From IMG/VR virus record IMGVR_UViG_3300030361_000008, positions 1 to 42,350 of that record: DNA of 42,350 nucleotides, one strand, 5' to 3'. The stretch is from a virus (taxonomy: Duplodnaviria; Caudoviricetes). Of this stretch, positions 7,706 to 16,651 are shown piece by piece. How positions within the stretch are numbered: position 1 is the first letter of the stretch; the number at the start of each line of letters is the position of its first letter. A model generated the notes under the pieces. That model ran no database searches. It saw only the letters and a list, made by a program, of their open reading frames with translations, and had not been told where the DNA came from. Both the position numbers and the translations under genes were made by a program.

Positions 7706-8665
7706 TTATTGGTTTGGTAAGAAGTTGTGATCTTGTTGCGGCTGTCCGCCTTGAGGCTGGCCGTAACCGCCTTGTTGTGGTTGTGCGCCTTGAGGCTGGC
7801 CGTAACCGCCTTGTTGCGGCTGTCCGCCTTGAGGCTGGCCGTAACCGCCTTGTTGTGGTTGTGCGCCTTGAGGCTGGCCGTAACCGCCTTGTTGCGGTTG
7901 TGCGCCTTGAGGCTGGCCGTAACCGCCTTGTTGCGGTTGTGCGCCTTGAGGCTGGCCGTAACCGCCTTGAGGCTGGCCGTAACCGCCTTGAGGCTGGCCG
8001 TAACCGCCTTGAGGCTGGCCGTAACCGCCTTGTTGCGGTTGTGCGCCTTGAGGCTGGCCGTAACCGCCTTGTTGCTGTAAGTGTTGCGTTTGTTCTTGGT
8101 AGCCGTTTTGCGGTGCCCCGCCCCCGCCGAACGCGCTCGCAGTATCAACGCCACCGCCGCCAAGGTTTAAGCGTGGCGCGTTCGCACTTGCAACGATTTG
8201 AACGGCGTCAAGCCCGGCGCTAATGCCTTTATTACCCGCGTTGTCGTAGTCGTAGCAATGCGCCAGCACGTTAACTTTTTGGCCGTTGTAGATCATATTG
8301 CTGTATTGCATAGGATCCAGCTTTTGACCGTTTTCGTCGTATACGTCCGGCGCTCGAAGCGTTGTTTTAAAGCTGATCACCAACCAGCCCGGAAACATAT
8401 TCTCGAACTCGCCCGGTTGTACTTGGCCGATCGGCATACGGCCACCCGCCGGAAGATTGCCTTTAAATTTACTTTCTTGTAGGCGCTTTTGCGCTAGTTG
8501 ATCGTAAAGCGGAATATCCGGGCATTGCGGAGGGAAAACAACTTTTAACGTCCACTTAGGTTTCCCGGCGTTCGCGCCTTGTTGTTGCGTTTCGGGTTGC
8601 GTTACGCCGTCCCAAACTACGATCCCGCCGTCTAGTCTTACATGATTTTCGTCGAATTGAGCCAT
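7706..8665 (-). CDS. ssb: Single-stranded DNA-binding protein (DUF2815 family) with long Q/G/Y/P repeat tail
   Basis: [19 protein letters not shown] signature; position between the DUF2800 nuclease and the polymerase. Confidence 0.85.
   Translation of the reverse strand: MAQFDENHVRLDGGIVVWDGVTQPETQQQGANAGKPKWTLKVVFPPQCPDIPLYDQLAQKRLQESKFKGNLPAGGRMPIGQVQPGEFENMFPGWLVISFKTTLRAPDVYDENGQKLDPMQYSNMIYNGQKVNVLAHCYDYDNAGNKGISAGLDAVQIVASANAPRLNLGGGGVDTASAFGGGGAPQNGYQEQTQHLQQQGGYGQPQGAQPQQGGYGQPQGGYGQPQGGYGQPQGGYGQPQGAQPQQGGYGQPQGAQPQQGGYGQPQGAQPQQGGYGQPQGGQPQQGGYGQPQGAQPQQGGYGQPQGGQPQQDHNFLPNQ
7733..8075 (-). repeat. Mixed 21-bp/39-bp coding tandem repeat (10 x GGYGQPQG)
   Basis: GCCTTGAGGCTGGCCGTAACC recurs 10 times, with or without an 18-bp spacer. 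Confidence 0.95.
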
Positions 8666-8675
8666 TTTCGGTTCC

Positions 8676-9812
8676 TTACTTTTCAGTTTTTGCGAACGCT
8701 TTCGCGCCCATTGTTTCAGATGAATTTACAAGTTTAAGCGACGCGCTTTTCGTCGCCTTTTTGCGGATCACTTCTTCGAGATCCGGGTATTTTTGAATAG
8801 CTTGCGTCGGCGTCATTGGTTCGCACTTGTCGAAGTCCGCGCCAAGCATACGGCCGAGTTTAATCGCCGTTTTCGGGTCGTCCCACTTGAGGCGGCCCGG
8901 TTTACTTTCAAGCGTGAGAGGGATCGAAGCGTCGCCGGCTTTTACTCGCTCAGTGATCAAGTCTTCCACCGCCGATCGTCTCGCTTTCGCCAAGCGTTCG
9001 GCCGTCTCAAGTAAAGACAGTTCGATCGCCAGCGCTTCGCCGCTCATTTCGTCCATTTCGGGCGGGTTTTTAACGTGGTCTAAAAGCCCGTAAACGTGGT
9101 TTTTAGCCGCCGAGCAACGCCACAACGCCGGGCAATAGTGACAATGCGCGCCCGACGTTAATGTCGGATTGTTGCGCGCCTCGTACGCTTTCGCGGCTAG
9201 TTGGTTGACGTACGCGCGGAGGTCGGACAGATTACCGCGCCACGACTGGACCGGGCCGTCGTTTTGATAACAAAACGGTTGCACGACGCGAAACTCGATC
9301 GCTATGTGTTGCTCGGCGTGCCCGTCGATCCCGTACTTGTTTATCAGTCCGGCCGCGTAGTTTACGAACTGTAAGGACAGCGGATCGACTTGTGCGTGCC
9401 CGTGCTTATAGTCCCATAGCACAATAAAACCGGCGTTAAGGTTAACGAGCGCCGCGTCTAACGTGCCGTTGTTGTTCGGGTCAATTTGAGGGCATTCGAT
9501 CGGGCACTCGACCAGAAGTTCGCCGCCACGCTCGGCGACTATGCGCTGAACGTCCGCCGCGTAAATGTTCGCGCCCTCGGTCATTTCGTCGTCAATGATC
9601 AGGCCCGTTTCCGGGCACGTCTTACCGAGGAACGACTCGGCGGGCGGCATCATGCCAAACGACTTAAGCGCGTTTAGCAAGGTTTCGCCGACCTTGTGCG
9701 CCGCCGTGCCCTCGACGGTGCGCGGGTGGTATCGGTCGAGCGCTTCGTTTAGCGCTACGACTGACCCGGAGCAATTACCCCATATAGGGGCCGAACTTGG
9801 TCGAAAGTGCAT
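8676..9812 (-). CDS. DUF2800 Cas4-like PD-(D/E)XK exonuclease
   Basis: PSS...W..C, EGTAAH, GTLD, DYKHG, Q...YA and HCHYC.....C (Fe-S-type cysteines). Confidence 0.88.
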   Translation of the reverse strand: MHFRPSSAPIWGNCSGSVVALNEALDRYHPRTVEGTAAHKVGETLLNALKSFGMMPPAESFLGKTCPETGLIIDDEMTEGANIYAADVQRIVAERGGELLVECPIECPQIDPNNNGTLDAALVNLNAGFIVLWDYKHGHAQVDPLSLQFVNYAAGLINKYGIDGHAEQHIAIEFRVVQPFCYQNDGPVQSWRGNLSDLRAYVNQLAAKAYEARNNPTLTSGAHCHYCPALWRCSAAKNHVYGLLDHVKNPPEMDEMSGEALAIELSLLETAERLAKARRSAVEDLITERVKAGDASIPLTLESKPGRLKWDDPKTAIKLGRMLGADFDKCEPMTPTQAIQKYPDLEEVIRKKATKSASLKLVNSSETMGAKAFAKTEK

Positions 9813-9824
9813 GTTCGTCGCCTC

Positions 9825-10547
9825 TTAAAGTGAAACGGTTTGTAAGTGGTTGTAAAGCTTCGCCACCGCTTCGGCTTCACCCGCGCCGAATAGGTCGTTA
9901 ACTTGAACGCCGACCGCGTTATACGCATCGGTTACAAGCTTTTGATCCAGCGTGCCGGCGGTTTGTCGCTCGCTGATATACTCCATTAACTCGCCCGCGT
10001 CTTTCGGTGCGTCGCCGCTCGCCGCCGGTGCCGTTTGGCCGCCGAACGCTTGCGCCGTGTCTACCGGGGCGCTTTCTTTCGGTTCGTCGCCGTCTAGTGG
10101 CATGGTCGCCGCGTACCACTCGTTGTAAGCGTTTTCGTCTACGCCCGGTTTTTTCTTCCACTGGCCTTTATTGGCACCCGAAGCATAAAACGGCTTTTGT
10201 GATTTAGTGCTTACACAAAATTTTTCGTTGTGCGGCGTGCCGTGTTCGTCGACGGGGCCGTCGTTAGCCGGTGCCTTATCGTCGAACGCCGCCGCCGTGT
10301 TTACGGTTTCTTCGGCCAGTGTTTCGCCCGTGTCGGCGTCTTTAACCGTTACCGTAGACTCGCCGGTCTTTTCGACAATGTCGTGGACTTTTTCAATAAG
10401 CGTTTTTTCTGGCTCTTTAAATGGTGCCGGGGCGGTTTCAGTCTTTACAGGCACGCCGAGCGATTCGCCCGCGCCGTATTGTGTGAGAGCCGCACCGAGC
10501 GCGGCGGCTAGTTTTAAATTACTTGCATCGAATTCGATTTTTAACAT
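9825..10547 (-). CDS. Acidic, partly disordered replication-module protein
   Basis: First gene of the leftward operon, with GAGG RBS. Contains two TAxAF motifs. Confidence 0.75.
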   Translation of the reverse strand: MLKIEFDASNLKLAAALGAALTQYGAGESLGVPVKTETAPAPFKEPEKTLIEKVHDIVEKTGESTVTVKDADTGETLAEETVNTAAAFDDKAPANDGPVDEHGTPHNEKFCVSTKSQKPFYASGANKGQWKKKPGVDENAYNEWYAATMPLDGDEPKESAPVDTAQAFGGQTAPAASGDAPKDAGELMEYISERQTAGTLDQKLVTDAYNAVGVQVNDLFGAGEAEAVAKLYNHLQTVSL

Positions 10548-10562
10548 TGGTTTAAACCTCGT

Positions 10563-10626
10563 TGTTAATTTGTCGTTGTGTCAGTTGACGGGGCACAGAT
10601 TACCTGTTAATTTGTCGCAATGTCAA
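10563..10626. promoter_or_regulatory. Overlapping divergent sigma70-type promoters with a 21-bp direct-repeat operator
   Basis: Rightward TTGACG(10585)-17-TAATTT; leftward TTGACA(10626)-18-TAATCT; TGTTAATTTGTCGnnnTGTCA at 10563 and 10605. Confidence 0.7.
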
Positions 10627-10644
10627 TAAGGATTTTAAACAAAT

Positions 10645-10944
10645 ATGAAAAATTTCGTTTACATGGTTGACCGCACTGGCGGCCGAGTAGTTATGTTACA
10701 GCGTCGAGCGAGTGACGAGGTCAGCTATACTTTTTTACCAGACTTTCGATCATGGCGACTCGCTCGCGTAACGCTCAAAGGTGTAAGAATGGGTGAGGTT
10801 AGCGAGATTAATTTATATCACGCGTCGTCAGTCGTTCGTATTGGCATAATGACGGCGTTAGGTTGTGACGACGGGAAGATAGACGCGGAAATAGCGCGAC
10901 TTGTGAGTGAAACGAGCGTTCACACAATCGAAGTGGAGGCGTAA
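10645..10944 (+). CDS. Hypothetical protein
   Basis: First ORF of the rightward operon. Confidence 0.65.
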   Translation: MKNFVYMVDRTGGRVVMLQRRASDEVSYTFLPDFRSWRLARVTLKGVRMGEVSEINLYHASSVVRIGIMTALGCDDGKIDAEIARLVSETSVHTIEVEA

Positions 10945-10946
10945 CG

Positions 10947-12656
10947 GTGTTACAACTTCGCGACTATCAAGAAAATGTTTATCACAAAATTATTGACGCG
11001 TTCGGCCGTGTCCGGGTTGTTTTGGCCGTGGTGCCGACGGGCGGCGGTAAAACGGTGATATTTTCAAAGCTGATCCACGACTGGCGCGACGGTTACACAA
11101 TGGCGGTGGTACACCGAAAAGAAATTCTAGGACAGATTAGTCTCGCACTTGGCGCGCTTGAAGTTAAGCACCGTATTCTCGCGCCGTCGTCAACGCTTCG
11201 CCGTATTCGCCGCCGCCATGTTAAGAAGTACGGCCGATCGTGGATAGACGAGCGGGCACCGTGCGCCGTCGCCAGCGTTCAAACACTCGCCAGCAAAAGA
11301 GCCGGGACCGATCAGGAGATCAAGCGGTTTGTGAATCAGGTGCGTTTAGGCGTATTCGACGAGGGGCACCATTACACCGACGCGGGCCACTGGGGACGCG
11401 CCGTTGATATGCTCGAAGCGTCTAAACTGCTTTTCGTTACGGCAACGCCAGAGCGCGCCGACGGTAAAGGCTTACACGTTAACGCGGACGGCTACGTCGA
11501 AGAAATGATCGAGGGGCCGAGCGTCGACTGGCTAATGGATCAGGGTTATTTGTGCCGTTATAAATATTTTTGCCCGGACACGGATCTGGACGTTAGCGGG
11601 ATCGCCGTTACCGCTTCGGGCGACTTTAACGCCAAGGCGCTAAGGGCGCGGATCGTCGACTCGAACCTAATCGGCGACGTGGTGCAGCACTCGCAGCGCT
11701 TCGCGGCCGGGCTAAAAACGATCGTGTTTTCGACCGACGTTAAGACCGCCGAAGAACAGGCCGCCGCGTATAACGCCGCCGGAATTACAGCTGCGGCGTT
11801 GAGTGGTGAAACCGACGACGCGGTACGCGATCAGGCCGTGGATGAATTCGAATTCTCGGAACTGGAAAAGCTAGTAAACGTGAACTTATTCGACGAGGGC
11901 TTCGACGTACCCGGCGCGGTGTGTGCCGTTCATGCCCGGCCGACCGAATCACTGGCGAAATATATGCAGATTAACGGCCGGGTGTTTCGTCCCGTTTACG
12001 CCAAGGGCTACGACTTAAGCACGCGCGAGGGTCGTCTCGCCGCAATAGCGAACGGCCCCAAGCCGTACGCCGTGATTATCGATCCGGTGAAAAACTGGGA
12101 GCGGCACGGCTTGCCCGATTGGCCTCGGGCTTGGAATATTCACGGCCGTAAAGCTGGCGGCACCGGGCCGGGTGACACCATAGCGCAGCGCGTATGTATG
12201 GATTGCACGCAGCCTTATCCGGCCTATTTGTCGCCGTGCCCGTATTGCGGGGCGGATCATAAACCCGAGGGGCGCAGCACCCCGGCGCAAGTCGACGGCG
12301 ATCTGGCCGAACTCGACGTCGACGCGTTGCGCGCCCTTTTCGACAAGCAGCAAGAAGCGGACATGAGCCGCGACGACTTCGCGCGTAAGCTTATGGCCGC
12401 GAACGTCCCGCCGATAGGCCAGCCCCGTTTAATACGCAAGCATGAGGCCGCGAAGTACCGCCGCCAAGTGTTACGGAATTTCGTCGCGTGGTGGGTAGGA
12501 ATGCAACCCGCAGACCGCCCGCTCGCAGAAAAGCACCGACGTTTTTACCACCGCTTCGGGGTTGATATTGCGACCGCGTTCACACTCGGCGAGATAGAAA
12601 CCGATCAGCTAATTCAAACCATAAAACTAAAATTTAGTAAGGACATTAAACAATGA
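10947..12656 (+). CDS. Superfamily 2 DEAD/DEAH-box helicase with C-terminal zinc finger (RadD/YejH-like)
   Basis: LRDYQ, PTGGGKT, DEGHH, TATPER, EGFDVP, QINGRVFR and CMDC...CPYC motifs. Confidence 0.93.
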   Translation: MLQLRDYQENVYHKIIDAFGRVRVVLAVVPTGGGKTVIFSKLIHDWRDGYTMAVVHRKEILGQISLALGALEVKHRILAPSSTLRRIRRRHVKKYGRSWIDERAPCAVASVQTLASKRAGTDQEIKRFVNQVRLGVFDEGHHYTDAGHWGRAVDMLEASKLLFVTATPERADGKGLHVNADGYVEEMIEGPSVDWLMDQGYLCRYKYFCPDTDLDVSGIAVTASGDFNAKALRARIVDSNLIGDVVQHSQRFAAGLKTIVFSTDVKTAEEQAAAYNAAGITAAALSGETDDAVRDQAVDEFEFSELEKLVNVNLFDEGFDVPGAVCAVHARPTESLAKYMQINGRVFRPVYAKGYDLSTREGRLAAIANGPKPYAVIIDPVKNWERHGLPDWPRAWNIHGRKAGGTGPGDTIAQRVCMDCTQPYPAYLSPCPYCGADHKPEGRSTPAQVDGDLAELDVDALRALFDKQQEADMSRDDFARKLMAANVPPIGQPRLIRKHEAAKYRRQVLRNFVAWWVGMQPADRPLAEKHRRFYHRFGVDIATAFTLGEIETDQLIQTIKLKFSKDIKQ

Positions 12657-12913
12657 AACATGACTCGCGGACCATAAACGATCCGGTTGATATTAAAGAG
12701 ATAGACCGCACGACCGTTTCAAGCCACCGTTTCGACGTGAACGCTTTAGAAACCGCCGCGCGTAAGTGGTGGGAGTCACAGCGCGAAGACGACCCCATAA
12801 ACCGTTTAACGGGTAAGCCGATGAAACCGTGGGAACAACTTCACCCGTCGACGCAAGCGCACATCATAGAAGACGTAAAAATAATTATAGGGGCTTATCG
12901 CAATGAACTATAA
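12653..12913 (+). CDS. Hypothetical protein
   Basis: ATGA-coupled to the helicase gene. Confidence 0.65.
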   Translation: MKHDSRTINDPVDIKEIDRTTVSSHRFDVNALETAARKWWESQREDDPINRLTGKPMKPWEQLHPSTQAHIIEDVKIIIGAYRNEL

Positions 12914-13412
12914 CGAATGGGCCGCGCGCTTTCCCGAGGCCGCCGCGTCGCTTGAAAACGACGTGATAGTCGCTACCGACTCGCACCTAAGCACAACGCC
13001 GGGCGACAGTGAGGCAGCAAGACAACAAGACATTAGGATCAGTATTGCCAGTCAGGGCGGCTTCGCGTGGCGGAATAACGTCGGCGCGACCAAGGCGAAA
13101 GAGCCGTGCCAGTGTCCCGCGTGCGGTTTTCGCTTCACACTTGACCGCCAGCCGATACGGTATGGACTCGCGAACGAGTCGGCGCAGCTTAACGAGCGTA
13201 TGAAATCCAGCGACTTGATCCTCGCCATACCGCGCCTAATTACACCCGAAATGGTCGGCACCACGATCGCCCAATTCGGCAGCGTTGAGACAAAGCGGCG
13301 CGGGTGGCAGTTCAGCGGGAAAGACCAAGAGGCCGGGCAAATGGCTTGGTTGTCACTAGTGGCAAAAATTGGCGGGTTCGCTCGCTTCGCGTCGGAGCCG
13401 TTCGAGTTATGA
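12903..13412 (+). CDS. VRR-NUC-type nuclease
   Basis: WRNNVG...RYGL...SSDLI...VETKR...Q..W pattern with a CPAC insert. Confidence 0.78.
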   Translation: MNYNEWAARFPEAAASLENDVIVATDSHLSTTPGDSEAARQQDIRISIASQGGFAWRNNVGATKAKEPCQCPACGFRFTLDRQPIRYGLANESAQLNERMKSSDLILAIPRLITPEMVGTTIAQFGSVETKRRGWQFSGKDQEAGQMAWLSLVAKIGGFARFASEPFEL

Positions 13413-14767
13413 TCATTCAAGGAGATTGCAAACACGTATTAAAGAACTTACCGGCGGAGTCGTTCGACGCTTTAGTCACTGACCCGCCTTACGGCTTCAA
13501 TAAGCAGCCGGATCTCGCCGAGGTTTTCGGGCACTGGATCAAGGGCGACGACTACGAGGCCACCGGCTCGGGTTTTATGGGTAAGACGTGGGACAGCTTC
13601 GTACCCGGCCCGGCTACATGGCGCGAAGTGTTCCGCGTGCTTAAGCCCGGCGCTTACGGTGCCGTTTTTGCGGGCAGCCGCACCGCGTATTTAATGGCCG
13701 CCTCGTTGCGCTTGGCAGGGTTCGAGGTGGTGGATCAATTGTTTTGGCTCTACGGTTCCGGGTTCCCGAAGTCGCTCGACGTATCGCAGGAAGTCGACAA
13801 ACTGGACGCGAAACAGCTTAAGAAAGAGAGCGCCTACCGTTGCACGGATTGGATCCGCGAGTTTTGCCCGTTAAGCAGCGGCCAGATCGATAAGTTTTTA
13901 GGCCGTAACGGTATGGGCCGACATTACCGGGACAAGGCACCCGGAGGCAAGCAGCCGGAGATCCCGACGCGCGCAGACCTTGAAAAGCTTCGGCCGTTTT
14001 TTACTGCAGCGGTGCCTCAGTGGTTCGAAGACTTGGTAGACGTCCGCACGTTCGAAAGTGAAAACCACAACAGCCGGGAAGTGATCGAGCGTTACAAGAA
14101 AGTTGCCGGCCTTAATCAGTGGCGGCAGAAGTACACGGGGCAAACTAACGCCGCGAAGATTGGCTCGAGAACGGCCCCGCATTCGGACGAGGCGAAAGCG
14201 TGGCACGGCTACGGCACCGCGTTAAAACCCGGTTATGAGCCGATCATATTAGTACGCAAGCCGACGACCTTAACCTACGCCGAAAACGTCGTCACACATG
14301 GCACCGGCGCGCTGAATATAGACGGCAGCCGCAACGGCGAACGGTTCCCCGCCAACATATTGCACGACGGCGAAGCGTTCGAGGGTAAAGAGTGGGAGCG
14401 CTATTTTTATTGCGCCAAGGCTACAACCGCAGACCGCGACGACGGCCTTCAGCTATTCGAAAAGGTAAGCGCCGGAGACGCGACTGGGGGGCGTAAAGAG
14501 GGTTCCGCCGGGTTGAACTCGCCAAGAGCCGGAGCAGGGCGCAGAGACGGCGCGCGGAACACCCACCCGACCGTTAAGCCCACCGAGTTAATGAAGTGGT
14601 TGTGTGGACTATTAGCACGCCCGGGGGCGTCTATTTTGGACCCTTTCACCGGGTCGGGTTCAACGTGGCGCGGTGCCAAACTTAATCAGCAAAAATTTGT
14701 GGGCGTAGAACTTAGCGCCGAATATATTCAGATCGCCAAGGCGAGAGCGGGAGCAATTAAGCCATGA
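13409..14767 (+). CDS. N4-cytosine/N6-adenine DNA methyltransferase (beta class)
   Basis: TDPPYG near the N-terminus, HPTVKP and LDPFTGSGST near the C-terminus. ATG at 13409 (ATGA overlap) is preferred. Confidence 0.92.
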   Translation: MIIQGDCKHVLKNLPAESFDALVTDPPYGFNKQPDLAEVFGHWIKGDDYEATGSGFMGKTWDSFVPGPATWREVFRVLKPGAYGAVFAGSRTAYLMAASLRLAGFEVVDQLFWLYGSGFPKSLDVSQEVDKLDAKQLKKESAYRCTDWIREFCPLSSGQIDKFLGRNGMGRHYRDKAPGGKQPEIPTRADLEKLRPFFTAAVPQWFEDLVDVRTFESENHNSREVIERYKKVAGLNQWRQKYTGQTNAAKIGSRTAPHSDEAKAWHGYGTALKPGYEPIILVRKPTTLTYAENVVTHGTGALNIDGSRNGERFPANILHDGEAFEGKEWERYFYCAKATTADRDDGLQLFEKVSAGDATGGRKEGSAGLNSPRAGAGRRDGARNTHPTVKPTELMKWLCGLLARPGASILDPFTGSGSTWRGAKLNQQKFVGVELSAEYIQIAKARAGAIKP

Positions 14768-15066
14768 AAAAAAGATTTAAACCAGAAGTAAGAAAAGAGC
14801 AGATCATCGACGCGGCGATCGGTATTGTCGAGGGCGACGGCTTCGCAGCGTTAGACCGTCAAACCGTCGCGCGCGTGGTCGGTGTGAGCGGCCAAACCAT
14901 CAATTACTATTTTGGCACGCTTAAGCAGTTGGAACGCGCCGTAAAGCGCGCCGCTATCGCTAAACCGTCGTATTCAGTTATCGCGCAACTTATCGTTATG
15001 AACGACGCCACGGTTGAAGACTTAGACGAAGATACAAAGCGTAAAGCACTAGGGGGCTTTTTATGA
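14764..15066 (+). CDS. TetR-family HTH protein (short)
   Basis: RKEQIIDAA...GFAAL...VA..VGVS..TINYYF. Confidence 0.85.
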   Translation: MKKRFKPEVRKEQIIDAAIGIVEGDGFAALDRQTVARVVGVSGQTINYYFGTLKQLERAVKRAAIAKPSYSVIAQLIVMNDATVEDLDEDTKRKALGGFL

Positions 15067-15266
15067 AACCACGACAAGCAACAGCGTATTTAAAAGGCAT
15101 TAGATCGGCCCGAGGCCATGAGTTACGGAAAACACAAAATATCGCGCCGTTGTGCCCGTACGAGCAGAAGTGTCTCGCGGAGTCGTGGCGGCGAGGGTAT
15201 TCGGATTACTTCGAACACCGGGAAGACGCGATCTACTTTCTAAAATGTGCAGACGGCGACTATTAA
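15063..15266 (+). CDS. Rmf/CrpP-like small protein
   Basis: A...G....G followed by CPY-x8-W-xx-G-Y, the same spacing as E. coli Rmf CPY-x8-WLGGW. Confidence 0.55.
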   Translation: MKPRQATAYLKGIRSARGHELRKTQNIAPLCPYEQKCLAESWRRGYSDYFEHREDAIYFLKCADGDY

Positions 15267-15278
15267 GTCGCCTTTTTT
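15255..15278 (+). terminator. Intrinsic terminator
   Basis: GGCGAC-TATTAA-GTCGCC-TTTTTT. Confidence 0.85.
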
Positions 15279-15289
15279 GTGTTTAGGTG

Positions 15290-15318
15290 TTGAACCATCT
15301 GTAACACTATGTTATATT
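15290..15318 (+). promoter_or_regulatory. sigma70-type promoter with overlapping inverted repeat
   Basis: TTGAAC-17-TATATT with TGn extension; TAACA-cta-TGTTA at 15302-15314. Confidence 0.7.
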
Positions 15319-15353
15319 CTAGTCTCACTTAGCAAACAACGGAAAACGCAAAA

Positions 15354-15806
15354 ATGAAAGACTTAAAAGCTAACTTAATTAAAAACGGCTCGCAAACTAT
15401 CGTTTATAAAGGCTTAAACTTAACAGTATATTGGGGCGGCGAGTATTATACCGCGCACTATGACGGCGAGGTATACCGCCAAACTTGTTTATGTGATCTT
15501 AAGAAAGATATTTCTAATGGGTGGTGTGTAGACTTCGGCGGCGATATGGAAAGTAAGCTGGACGATATAGCCACTTGTTTATGCTACGAGGCTAAAAACT
15601 TAGAGGGCGAGAAAGTCGAGTTTAACGCAGCCGACGACAGCCTGACGATCGTTTGTTCTTCGAGTGATACAAAGTTACGCAACGGCACGCATAAGACACG
15701 CCGCTGGGCGGTGCGGGATTGTAGCAACGTCGGATCGTCATTCTTAAGCATTCGCGAAGCAGTTCGCTTCATTCTGTCTTTTGCTAGTTACGAGAGCGTA
15801 CTTTAA
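15354..15806 (+). CDS. Hypothetical early protein
   Basis: AT-richer ORF directly behind the promoter. Confidence 0.7.
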   Translation: MKDLKANLIKNGSQTIVYKGLNLTVYWGGEYYTAHYDGEVYRQTCLCDLKKDISNGWCVDFGGDMESKLDDIATCLCYEAKNLEGEKVEFNAADDSLTIVCSSSDTKLRNGTHKTRRWAVRDCSNVGSSFLSIREAVRFILSFASYESVL

Positions 15807-16081
15807 TGAACACAATAAGCCGTACTATGTATATTGATTTCAACGTTCACGCGGGTTTCTCGCCCGAGTCGGTTCACATTCGCAGCATGGCGCGCAAGGC
15901 GGCGATCGCATTGGGTAACGCGCCCGGCGCGGCGTTAGAAATAACAAGCGCGGAAGTTACCGACGACGTTCACGCGGGGCTTGTGCTTATGGCCGACGCC
16001 GGGATCATTGAGAAGACACAAAACCCGTGTGGCGTTGATTTGTTTTACTGGAAAGAGGCGGTTAAAAATGACGTGTGCTAA
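15806..16081 (+). CDS. Hypothetical protein
   Basis: TAATG overlap with the previous gene. Confidence 0.65.
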   Translation: MNTISRTMYIDFNVHAGFSPESVHIRSMARKAAIALGNAPGAALEITSAEVTDDVHAGLVLMADAGIIEKTQNPCGVDLFYWKEAVKNDVC

Positions 16082-16262
16082 ATACTGCAAAGCCGAAGCG
16101 GGCGTAACGCTTGCGCGGGTGGAAGAAGTCAGCGGCCGCCACCGGGTAACGCTCGATCGGTGGTACAAGCGCGACCGCCAACTGTTCGACCTTATCCTAG
16201 ACGGCGTAAAACACCGTTTGAACAAGGCCGATCAGGAAGATAAAAAACAGCGCGGCCAGTAA
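16068..16262 (+). CDS. Small HTH DNA-binding protein
   Basis: MTCAKYCK...TLARVEEVSGRHRVTLDRWYK HTH-like pattern; GAGG RBS before ATG at 16068. Confidence 0.65.
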   Translation: MTCAKYCKAEAGVTLARVEEVSGRHRVTLDRWYKRDRQLFDLILDGVKHRLNKADQEDKKQRGQ

Positions 16263-16278
16263 GTCGCGCACCCATTCG

Positions 16279-16302
16279 GGCACCCGTCGCGGTGCCTTTT
16301 TT
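16279..16302 (+). terminator. Intrinsic terminator at the convergence point
   Basis: GGCACC-CGTCGC-GGTGCC-TTTTTT. Confidence 0.85.
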
Positions 16303-16311
16303 ATTAGTCGG

Positions 16312-16479
16312 TCAATCATCTTTTAGCGCCCTTATTTCATGTTCTATTATGAACGCCGGCCACCCCGTAAATACTTGAAGCGTCGCGATCAATTCGTTGT
16401 ACTTAGGGTTGTTCGCCGCTTTCGCGCCAAGCGCAACAGTCGCCATTTCTTTCAATTGTTCTTTTGAATATTTAGCCAT
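16312..16479 (-). CDS. 55-aa hypothetical protein (not in ORF track)
   Basis: MAKYSKEQLKEMATVALGAK...IRALKDD; starts 1 nt after the upstream stop, AGGTG RBS. Confidence 0.65.
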   Translation of the reverse strand: MAKYSKEQLKEMATVALGAKAANNPKYNELIATLQVFTGWPAFIIEHEIRALKDD

Positions 16480-16480
16480 G

Positions 16481-16651
16481 TTATTTCACCTTTTCGCAAT
16501 CAGGCTCACTCGTTAACGTCTTAACGTCGAAAAGCGACGGGCACCACGCGTCGCCCTCAAACTTAAACACCACGCCGTCTTTTACTTGGTAGTAGTACGG
16601 CGCGCACCAATGGGTCGCCCCGTCGGGCGCAAAGTTTAAGCCGCTATTCAT
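16481..16651 (-). CDS. Hypothetical protein (APDGATHW motif)
   Basis: The AP.GATH motif is common in small phage proteins; GAGG RBS before ATG at 16651. Confidence 0.65.
   Translation of the reverse strand: MNSGLNFAPDGATHWCAPYYYQVKDGVVFKFEGDAWCPSLFDVKTLTSEPDCEKVK

Noticed and set aside
7733-8075. Repeat array resembling a CRISPR next to a Cas4-like gene
   Set aside because: The units are in-frame coding repeats with no unique spacers. The nuclease is the DUF2800 type normal for this replication module, and there is no cas1/cas2.
7666-8223. Long alternative-frame ORFs (7096..8163 N-terminal extension with KAVTASL repeats, 7714..8223, 7727..8080)
   Set aside because: These are shadows of the stop-free SSB tandem repeat. 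The exonuclease domain begins at ATG 7665, after a terminator hairpin.
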